This document shows, piece by piece, positions 24,715-32,405 of a stretch of DNA of 64,000 nucleotides (the first letter of the stretch is position 1; the number at the start of each line of letters is the position of its first letter). Where the stretch lies: assembly GCA_035411585.1 (NCBI GenBank), contig DAONTI010000010.1, positions 47,370 through 111,369 on the forward strand, written 5' to 3'. The position numbers and the translations under genes were made by a program. This DNA is from Verrucomicrobiota bacterium (GTDB lineage: Bacteria > Verrucomicrobiota > Verrucomicrobiia > Limisphaerales > MWDV01). Below the pieces are notes generated by a model. The model saw only the letters and a list, made by a program, of their open reading frames with translations, did no database searches and was not told where the DNA came from.

Positions 24715-27700
24715 ATGAAGAACACCAAGAACACACTCCTCACGCGCCTCCGCCGAGGCGCTCGTCTGTCATCCGGGTTGCTCCGGGTTCCGGCCGTGCT
24801 CACGGCTGTAGCGATGGCGCTGACCCTGCTCTGGCCGGCCGCCACCCAGGCGGCGCGGGTCCATCACGGCGTTGCCGCCGCAAATCTCCAAGTGGATCAG
24901 ATCTATTACCCGGATGAAAACGGGCAATGGCCGGATCCGCTGACCAACGAAAACACCAACGCCCTGGTAACCACGCTGTTGAGCATCAATGATTTCCGGG
25001 CGATTACCTCGGATTGGTACACCAACGCGGTGGACGAGTTTGGCGTCCCGACTTCCTGGCATCAATGGTGGAACCGGGCCGATTATCAAATTCAAATCGG
25101 CCCCACCCGGGGCGACGATATCACGGGGGGCGTCATGATGGCCGCCGTGGCGCAGAACGGGCGGAACAACTACGGCGTCACCCGTTATCCGGTTTGCGCC
25201 GTCCATGATGGCTGGCGCATTTGCACGTTCGCCAACAATCACGATGATCCCCTGATCAAGGCGGGCGACGGCTATGAATACAACGTCAACGTGGCGGGCG
25301 CGTGGTTCCCGTATCCAGATTACATCGGGGCCCTCGTGCGCAACAGCGAACGTAAAAACGGGCAGACCAATGACATGTTGATTGGCCACTCGAGCTTGGT
25401 GCTGGGCCAGCATTTCTATTGGTGGGCGAACGGACGGTTCATCGTGGACTTGCGCGACTTGGGTTTTGACTCGCGGACTGACGGGGTCATGATCACCACC
25501 CACGGCAAAGACGAGCAAAACTTCGCGCTGAGTCAGATCAACACCACCAACGGCACATGGACGCTCTACACGAAGGACATGTCGCAGCCGACCTACGGCA
25601 ATTTTGAGCAGGATCCGGTGGCGTTTGTGTTCATTCCCAAGACCAACACCATGCTGATTTCAGGCATGTTCAATGGCGACGGGAGCATCGTGATACACAG
25701 CGGCGACACCCCGCAATTCACCGTACGCCCCAAGAGCGACGTCGGCGCGGGACGCTGGGAGTTGAAAATCCCGGGTCATTCCCCGGCCTCCGGTGTGCTG
25801 ATTATTTCCGCCTGCGCGGGGGGTACCCTGAACACGGATAACATCGTCAGTTACGAACCGGACGGCGACGGTTGGGAAATCCAATCGCGGGACACGCCGG
25901 GCATGGGCTTGCAAACGCCGAAAGGAAATCTGGGCGAACCGGAACCGGTGTGCACGTTTGTCTTTATTCCGGCACCGACGCCCGGAATCACGGTCACGCC
26001 GACCAATAACCTCGTGACCAGCGAGGATGGTGGGACGGCGCAGTTCACGGTGGAATTGGACTTCAAACCGACGGCGGACGTGACGATTGGCGTCAGTTCC
26101 AGCAACCCCGCCGAAGGCGTGGTGGACGTGACTTCCCTGACCTTCACCCCGAATAATTGGAACATCCCGCAAGTGGTGACCATTACCGGACAGGATGATG
26201 CGGTGGCCGACGGCCAGGTGGCGTACACCATCGTTCTGGCCAAGGCGGTGAGCGCGGATCCCCAGTATCATGACATGAAACCGGCCGATGTGGCGGTTCT
26301 CAACGCGGACAACGAAGCCGGGATTACCGTCAGCAAGAACTGGTTGGTGACGACCGAAGCGGGCGGCACGGACAGTTTCACCGTGGTGTTGAATACCGCG
26401 CCCACGGCGGACGTAACGATTGGCCTGGCCTCCAGTGATGTGGGCGAAGGCACCGTCTTCCCGGCCAGCCTGGTCTTCACGCCAGACAATTGGAACATTC
26501 CCCAAACCGTCACCGTGACCGGCGTGGACGATGTGGTGGACGACGGCGATGCGCCCTACGCCATTGTTTTTGCGGCGGCCGTGAGCGCCGACGCGGCGTA
26601 TAACGGGGTGAAAGGCGCGGACGTGCCCGCCCTCAATCTGGATAACGACGAGGCGGGTATTATTGTTACACCGCAAGAGTTGACGGTGAGCGAAACGGGC
26701 ACGACGGCCAACTTCACGGTGGTGCTCGGGACGCGGCCGACGGCGGATGTGGTGATCAGCTATGTTTCCGGCGATCCGACCGAAGGCGTGGTGACACCGG
26801 CCAGCCGGACGTTCACCCCCGATAACTGGAATACGCCTCAAACCTTTACGGTGACCGGCGTGGATGACGCTGAAAATGACGGCGACATCACCTACAACCT
26901 GCAAGGGTCGGTGACGTCGAGCGACGCCGTTTATGCGGCGATGATTCCGGCCCCGATCTTGGTGACCACCTTGGACGACGAGGCGGAACTGGCGCTCCCG
27001 TCCGGCCCGGTTCAATACGGCATTGGCACGACCGGGATTGGCCTGGATGGCTGGGCCACTCTGACGGATTCCGTCGCCAATTACAACGGCGGCAATCTGA
27101 CGGTGGTGGTGACCAACAATGGCTCCGCCGATGACCGGTTGACTCTGCGGAATGAAGGCGTGGAGGAAGGCCAGGTGGGCGTCTCCGGCGCCAATGTCAC
27201 CTACAGTGGCATCCCGGTTGGCACCCTGGCGGGCGGCGAAGGTTTGACGCCGCTGGTGGTGACCTTCAACAACGCGGTGACGCCGGCGGTGGCGCAGGCG
27301 CTCGTCCGGGCGGTCACCTTTAGCAACGTGGCCGAGGAACCGTCGCTGGCGGACCGGACGGTCACCGTCATCGTCAACCGGGGCGCCGGTTCGAGCGCCG
27401 CGGAGAAACTGGTGCATGTGGGCTTGGTCCGGGTCACCCATTTCCAAGAGGGCGCGGACCATGGTTACGGCGTGTACACCGGCGCGCAGAATAACAACCT
27501 GTGGGCGCTCAATGAGGGGACGGCCTATCCGGAAGGATCTCATGCGGATGGACTGGCCATTGGCTTCGCGGGAGTGCAAATGTTGGATCGCGCCATCCTG
27601 TTGCGGTTTGACGATATCATCGGGGAGGGCCCCGGCCAGATTCCGCCCAACGCCACGATTGTTTATGCGGAGTTTCAGTTCTTCGTGTCCAACAACGGTG

Positions 27701-28887
27701 ACGGCAGCCCGATGTACCGGATGTTGATTCCGTGGACGGCGGAATGGGAAAGCTGGGGCTCCTTGGGGGATGGGGTGCAGTTGGATGACTCCGAGGCGCG
27801 CAGCACTTGGGATTCCGCCATTGGCGTTCCCAATCTCACCGGTTCGACTGGCACCGGCCGCAAATCCGTTGCGGTGACGGCCGACGTGCAAGCTTGGGCG
27901 AACGGCGAAGACAACTACGGCTGGTACCTGCCTGGCTGGGATCCTTCCGGCTGGAGCGGAAACTGGGACTTCTGGGCGATTGCCCCGTCCCAGCATGAGG
28001 ACATCACCCGGCGGCCTTCGCTGCTGGTGAAGTGGGTACCGGAAGGCACGTTGGCAACCAGCTTCCGCTACGGTGTCAACGATTACACGGCCACCTACGA
28101 CAGCCGGGTCCGGAGTGGGCGTTATGCCGATGAAGACGGATCTACAGCGATCGCGCTCTTCCCGGATTGGGAAATCAACACCGAGGCCGATGACCGGGAT
28201 ATCGGCTTGATCCGGTTCGAGGAGATCATTGGTGAGGAAGCCGATCAGGTGCCGCCGGGGGCGACGATTCACTCGGCGCAGTTGGACATCGCCGCCTTCC
28301 AGTCGAACTCGCCGGGCAACGGGTTCTATCTGCATTACATGCTCCAGCCGTGGAATGACACGGATACGTGGAACATGCTGGGCGATGGCGTGCAAGCCGA
28401 CGGCGTGAAGGCGGCGGTCACGCCGACCGCAATCCTGCGGGACTTCAGCACCGCCATTATACCTTACGTGCCGGGTGGGTATCACTCGCTGGAGGTGAGG
28501 CCGGATGTGCAGGCCTGGGCCTACAAACAACGGCCGAACTATGGTTGGGTCGTTCTGCCGTTCGAGTTCGGACGGGATGGATTCGGCTTCGGAACGGCGG
28601 AACACACTGATGTGGAACGGCGGCCGCAACTGCGGGTGTTCTACTCGCCGGGCGAAATTCCCGAGCCGGAAGACATCACGTTGACCCTGCCGGTGTGGAG
28701 CCCGTCGCAAGTGGTGGTCGGCTTCAACGCCAAGGCCAACACCACCTACACGGTACAACGGGTGGGGCAACTGGGTGATGCCTGGCAAACCATTGGCCAG
28801 GCGATGACCGACGGCGATGGCCACGGGAATTACGAAGACAAGTCGCCCTTGGCGGGTGCGGCGTTCTATCGCGTCGTATTGCCGTAA
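24715..28887 (+). CDS. giant secreted protein (1390 aa): novel N-domain + 3 Calx-beta-like repeats + 2 DNRLRE-like modules + C-terminal FYRV domain
   Basis: Has a signal peptide. The N-terminal roughly 380 aa are paralogous to those of 29205..32288 and 41889..45296 (HHGVAA..., AWFPYP, DPVAFVFIPKTN, WEIQSRDTPGMGLQTP, CTFVFIPAP). Three ~110-aa repeats follow (GITVTPTNNLVTSEDGGTAQFTV...). The protein ends AAFYRVVLP. Confidence 0.9.
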   Translation: MKNTKNTLLTRLRRGARLSSGLLRVPAVLTAVAMALTLLWPAATQAARVHHGVAAANLQVDQIYYPDENGQWPDPLTNENTNALVTTLLSINDFRAITSDWYTNAVDEFGVPTSWHQWWNRADYQIQIGPTRGDDITGGVMMAAVAQNGRNNYGVTRYPVCAVHDGWRICTFANNHDDPLIKAGDGYEYNVNVAGAWFPYPDYIGALVRNSERKNGQTNDMLIGHSSLVLGQHFYWWANGRFIVDLRDLGFDSRTDGVMITTHGKDEQNFALSQINTTNGTWTLYTKDMSQPTYGNFEQDPVAFVFIPKTNTMLISGMFNGDGSIVIHSGDTPQFTVRPKSDVGAGRWELKIPGHSPASGVLIISACAGGTLNTDNIVSYEPDGDGWEIQSRDTPGMGLQTPKGNLGEPEPVCTFVFIPAPTPGITVTPTNNLVTSEDGGTAQFTVELDFKPTADVTIGVSSSNPAEGVVDVTSLTFTPNNWNIPQVVTITGQDDAVADGQVAYTIVLAKAVSADPQYHDMKPADVAVLNADNEAGITVSKNWLVTTEAGGTDSFTVVLNTAPTADVTIGLASSDVGEGTVFPASLVFTPDNWNIPQTVTVTGVDDVVDDGDAPYAIVFAAAVSADAAYNGVKGADVPALNLDNDEAGIIVTPQELTVSETGTTANFTVVLGTRPTADVVISYVSGDPTEGVVTPASRTFTPDNWNTPQTFTVTGVDDAENDGDITYNLQGSVTSSDAVYAAMIPAPILVTTLDDEAELALPSGPVQYGIGTTGIGLDGWATLTDSVANYNGGNLTVVVTNNGSADDRLTLRNEGVEEGQVGVSGANVTYSGIPVGTLAGGEGLTPLVVTFNNAVTPAVAQALVRAVTFSNVAEEPSLADRTVTVIVNRGAGSSAAEKLVHVGLVRVTHFQEGADHGYGVYTGAQNNNLWALNEGTAYPEGSHADGLAIGFAGVQMLDRAILLRFDDIIGEGPGQIPPNATIVYAEFQFFVSNNGDGSPMYRMLIPWTAEWESWGSLGDGVQLDDSEARSTWDSAIGVPNLTGSTGTGRKSVAVTADVQAWANGEDNYGWYLPGWDPSGWSGNWDFWAIAPSQHEDITRRPSLLVKWVPEGTLATSFRYGVNDYTATYDSRVRSGRYADEDGSTAIALFPDWEINTEADDRDIGLIRFEEIIGEEADQVPPGATIHSAQLDIAAFQSNSPGNGFYLHYMLQPWNDTDTWNMLGDGVQADGVKAAVTPTAILRDFSTAIIPYVPGGYHSLEVRPDVQAWAYKQRPNYGWVVLPFEFGRDGFGFGTAEHTDVERRPQLRVFYSPGEIPEPEDITLTLPVWSPSQVVVGFNAKANTTYTVQRVGQLGDAWQTIGQAMTDGDGHGNYEDKSPLAGAAFYRVVLP
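25984..26985 (+). repeat. three tandem coding repeats (336+336+330 nt) of a Calx-beta-like adhesin module
   Basis: The repeats start at 25984 (GITVTPTNN), 26320 (GITVSKNWL) and 26656 (GIIVTPQEL). Each contains TADVTIG/TADVVIS, (L/R)TFTP(N/D)NWN(I/T)PQ.(V/F)T(I/V)TG.DD and a ..Y.. acidic end. Confidence 0.85.
27421..28655 (+). repeat. two tandem ~205-aa coding modules resembling DNRLRE-type carbohydrate-binding/accessory domains
   Basis: Matched motif pairs: LLRFDDIIGEGPGQIPPNATI / LIRFEEIIGEEADQVPPGATI; YRMLIPWTAEWESWGSLGDGVQ / HYMLQPWNDTDTWNMLGDGVQ; ADVQAWANGEDNYGW / PDVQAWAYKQRPNYGW; RRPSLLVKW / RRPQLRVFY. Confidence 0.7.
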
Positions 28888-28921
28888 TCATCATCCGATT
28901 GGGTAATATGGGTTGGTTCAA

Positions 28922-28951
28922 GTGCGGGACGGCGTCACGGCCGTCCCGCAC
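28922..28951 (+). terminator. hairpin terminator candidate downstream of the 1390-aa gene
   Basis: Perfect 12-bp stem GTGCGGGACGGC / GCCGTCCCGCAC with a 6-nt loop, 35 nt after the stop. It is followed by CCTTCTC, which is only a weak U-tract. Confidence 0.5.
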
Positions 28952-29204
28952 CCTTCTCGGGAAGCGAGGCGTCCGGCCTCGGGCGCCTCACAGAATCGCG
29001 AACCGTAGGGCGGTTGGTTCGCGTCTCCACTCATGACCGACCGGCGATTCTCGCTCCCCCGCACCGGGCTGTGCGCCAAAGCGCAAAGGAGCGGGCGTTG
29101 GATTCAAAAAGGCCCCTTGGGGCGGTTGGGCTGGAGGGTTCCCGTCGGCCCGGATTGAATGAGGGGCGATGAAGGACGGGTGATGTTTGCTTCGGTTCTT
29201 CCAG

Positions 29205-32200
29205 ATGACAGATATGCAAAAAGTTGATTTGAGTTGCCGGCGCTTGGGCAGTCGGTGCGCAGGTAGATTTCCGCATTTTTGGGGTTGGATGATCCTGGCC
29301 GCTTTGGCGGTGGGAGGTATCCCGTCCGCCGCCCAGGCGGGGCACGGCGTGGCTGCCGGGCATTTGCGCGTTATTCAGTTGGACGTGGGCGACACCACCA
29401 ATTCGGTGCGCGTCATTCCCACCCTGCGGATCAATGATTTTCGGCTGCGCGACGGCTCGAACCGCGGCGATTACCCGGTGCAGATCGGCCTGGCGGCGGC
29501 GGACGATGTGGCGACCGGAGTCTTGATTTCTTCCGTGGCCGAGAATGGGCGCTACAACTTTGGCACGAACAATTTTCCCATCAGCGCGGTTCACGTGGGG
29601 GCGACGGATTATCGGATTTCCACGTTTGTGCGGACAGCGGCGGTCGCCGATGCGGGGGCGGAGTATAACGTCAACGTGGCGGCGGCGTGGTTTCCCTACG
29701 ACCGCTTTTGGGGCGGCACCGCCCGCAACGCCTCCGGGTTGGATGGCGGTACCAACAATTTACTGGTCGCCTCGCCGGGATTGGTTTTGGGCCACCATTT
29801 CAAAGGGGTGGCCGCCGGGCGGTCGGTGGTGGATTTGCGGAGCTTCGGCATTGACGCGCGCACGGACGGCGTGTTGCTCGTCAATGGCGGCAAGGACGAG
29901 AACAACTTCGCGCTGTCGCAGGTCAACACCAACGACGGCACCTGGAACGTGTTCGTCAAAGATAACGCGACGCCGACGGCGAGCCAGTATGAACAGGATC
30001 CGGTGGCGTTCGTGTTCATTCCCAAGACCAACACGGCGTTGATTTCCGGGCGGTTCAACGGGGATGGCAGCATTGCCCTGTTCAGCGGCGCGGCGCCGGC
30101 GTTTACGGTCAGCAACCTGGCCGCGGGCCGCTGGGACCTCCGGATTCCCGGCCATTCCCCCCGGGCGGGCATTTTGATTATTTCCGCCGAGGGGGGCGGG
30201 CATTACAACCTGGATAACATCGTCAGTTATCAAATCAACGAGGCGGGCAACGGCTGGGAAATCCAATCCCGGGACACGCCCAACAACGGCTTGCAGACGC
30301 CCGTGGGATCGGGTGGGGAACCGGAGGCGGTTTGCTCGTTTGTCTTTATTCCCGCGGCGGCGCCGTTGTTGGTGTCGCCGGCCAATGGCGCGCCGAATCA
30401 GGCGTTGCCCCAGTTGCAAACGGTGCTGTTCAACGCGGCGCCGGGGGACCTGACCGTGACGGTTTACGGCGGCGAAGCGGCCACGCCGCCGGCCGGGCCG
30501 GACTTCACGGTGGTCGTGCTGCCGGATTCGCAAAACTACACGGATGAACGCAACGGCGCGAAGAAAGAGATGTGGTTTGCCCAGTGCGAATGGATTATCA
30601 CCAACCGGCTCTCCCGCAACATCGCTTACGTCGCCCACCTGGGGGACATCAGCCAGACGGGCGACGTCAAAGGTGGTCGCCCCAATCTCGCCGAATGGCG
30701 CAATGCGACCAACGCAATGTATCGCCTGGAAAACCGGGTGCGGACCGAACTGGCCGAAGGCGTCCCCTATGGCCTGGCGGTGGGTAATCATGATCAGACC
30801 CCGCGCGGAGATCCCTTGGGGACCACGATTTTCTACAACCAATACTTTGGCATCTCCCATTTTCTGGGGCGCACCTATTACGGCGGATATTACGGCACGA
30901 ACAACAACAATCATTATGATTTGTTCAGCGCCAGCGGCTTGGATTTCATTGTGTTGTATTTCGAATACGACATGGACGCCAACCCGGCGGTGCTGGCCTG
31001 GGGCAACGAGGTCCTGCAGGCCTATGCCGACCGGCAGGCCATTGTGGTCACGCACTACATGGGCAGCGCCACGACCCCCAGCACCTTCAGCGCGCAGGGG
31101 GCCGCCATTTACAATACGCTCAAAGGCAATCCGAATCTGGCCTTGTTGCTCGGCGGCCACGTTGCTGGTCCGGGAGGCATCGGTGAAGGTTCCCGCGAGG
31201 ATCATTACGGCGGCAACACTGTTCGCACATTGATCTCGAATTATCAATTCCGCACCAACGGCGGCAACGGCATGTTGCGGCTCATGGAATTTTCGCCCAG
31301 CAACAACACGGTGGTCGTGCAGACCTATTCGCCCTGGTCGGATGAATACGAAACCGACGAGGACAGCGAGTTCTTTTTCACGCGCAACCTGCAGCCGCCG
31401 GGCGGCACGGGTTCCCCCGGCACACCGTTCACCGTGTTGACGACGCAAACAGGAGTGGCGCCCGGCAGCCTGGTGAATCTGACTTGGCCGGGGTTGCGGC
31501 CCGATCGCACCTATCAATGGTATGTCACCGTCACCGATGCAGCGGGGAATACGACCGTGGGGGAAACCTGGCGTTTTACCACCGTGCCCAACTCCCCGCC
31601 ACGGGCCAGCAACCAACTGGTGACCATTGAAGGCGACGCGCCGGCCCCCCTGACGTTGCGCGGATCGGATCCCAACGGCGACGCCATCACTTTTGGTTTG
31701 TTCGCACCGCCCTCCCAAGGGGCGATCACCGAGTTGAATACCAACGCCGGGACTTTGACTTACTATCCCGTCCGGGGCTACCGGGGCCCTGACCGGTTTA
31801 CCTACCGGGCGTATGACGGGCGCACCAACAGCAGCATCGCCACGTTCAACCTCATCATCACCGCGCCGGCGGATACCAACGCCAATGGCTTGCCGGATGC
31901 CTGGGAGGCCGCGTACGGCATCACCGATCCGGACGCCGATGACGATCGCGACGGGCACTCTAATCGCGACGAATACCGGGCCAACACCAATCCCACCAAC
32001 GCCGCTTCGGCTTTGCGGATTACCGGGATGACCCGGCAACCCGACGGACATTTTGACTTTGCGTGGGCGTCCGTGGGCGGCACCCGGTACCGGGTGCAGT
32101 TCACCGATGCGCCTGACCCCGCGGGGCTGGCGGGTGGATTCACTGATGTCGTTCGGGCCCTGACCAACGAGATGGATTTGGGGCCGTACGGAATCATGAG

Positions 32201-32288
32201 CACCCAAAGGTTTACGGATGATTTCACCCTGACCGGGGGCGCGCCCACGAATCAAAGCCGGTATTACCGGGTCCGGGTGGTGCCGTGA
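29205..32288 (+). CDS. giant secreted metallophosphoesterase: novel N-domain + calcineurin-like phosphoesterase + cadherin/Ig-like + TSP3-like Ca-binding segment + C-terminal YYRV domain
   Basis: The N-domain is paralogous to the other two giants. MPE motifs: VVVLPDSQ, HLGDIS, VGNHDQ, VVTHY, LGGHVAG. The acidic segment reads NGLPDAWEAAYGITDPDADDDRDGHSNRDEYRANTNP. The protein ends SRYYRVRVVP. ATG 29205 was chosen; TTG 29187 and ATG 29289 are alternatives. Confidence 0.9.
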   Translation: MTDMQKVDLSCRRLGSRCAGRFPHFWGWMILAALAVGGIPSAAQAGHGVAAGHLRVIQLDVGDTTNSVRVIPTLRINDFRLRDGSNRGDYPVQIGLAAADDVATGVLISSVAENGRYNFGTNNFPISAVHVGATDYRISTFVRTAAVADAGAEYNVNVAAAWFPYDRFWGGTARNASGLDGGTNNLLVASPGLVLGHHFKGVAAGRSVVDLRSFGIDARTDGVLLVNGGKDENNFALSQVNTNDGTWNVFVKDNATPTASQYEQDPVAFVFIPKTNTALISGRFNGDGSIALFSGAAPAFTVSNLAAGRWDLRIPGHSPRAGILIISAEGGGHYNLDNIVSYQINEAGNGWEIQSRDTPNNGLQTPVGSGGEPEAVCSFVFIPAAAPLLVSPANGAPNQALPQLQTVLFNAAPGDLTVTVYGGEAATPPAGPDFTVVVLPDSQNYTDERNGAKKEMWFAQCEWIITNRLSRNIAYVAHLGDISQTGDVKGGRPNLAEWRNATNAMYRLENRVRTELAEGVPYGLAVGNHDQTPRGDPLGTTIFYNQYFGISHFLGRTYYGGYYGTNNNNHYDLFSASGLDFIVLYFEYDMDANPAVLAWGNEVLQAYADRQAIVVTHYMGSATTPSTFSAQGAAIYNTLKGNPNLALLLGGHVAGPGGIGEGSREDHYGGNTVRTLISNYQFRTNGGNGMLRLMEFSPSNNTVVVQTYSPWSDEYETDEDSEFFFTRNLQPPGGTGSPGTPFTVLTTQTGVAPGSLVNLTWPGLRPDRTYQWYVTVTDAAGNTTVGETWRFTTVPNSPPRASNQLVTIEGDAPAPLTLRGSDPNGDAITFGLFAPPSQGAITELNTNAGTLTYYPVRGYRGPDRFTYRAYDGRTNSSIATFNLIITAPADTNANGLPDAWEAAYGITDPDADDDRDGHSNRDEYRANTNPTNAASALRITGMTRQPDGHFDFAWASVGGTRYRVQFTDAPDPAGLAGGFTDVVRALTNEMDLGPYGIMSTQRFTDDFTLTGGAPTNQSRYYRVRVVP

Positions 32289-32405
32289 GGCGCTGAAATA
32301 GATTGGGTGGCGGCCCCGGGTGCTGCACAGCAAACCCTTGCGCCGAATGACGCGCGACGGGACCGATGAATTTACAAGTGACAAATTAAAACTGGGAGAC
32401 AAACG

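Noticed and set aside
25984-26985. Regularly spaced ~330-nt tandem repeats considered as a possible CRISPR or other non-coding array
   Set aside because: The repeat unit is far too long and there are no unique spacers. The repeats are in frame within one ORF and translate to a Calx-beta-like protein module.
25660-28824. 1054-aa ORF on the minus strand, antisense to the 1390-aa gene
   Set aside because: Its composition is dominated by R/G/P/H/V runs with no recognisable domains. It is fully nested antisense to a gene with clear domain repeats. It is a typical shadow ORF of high-GC DNA.
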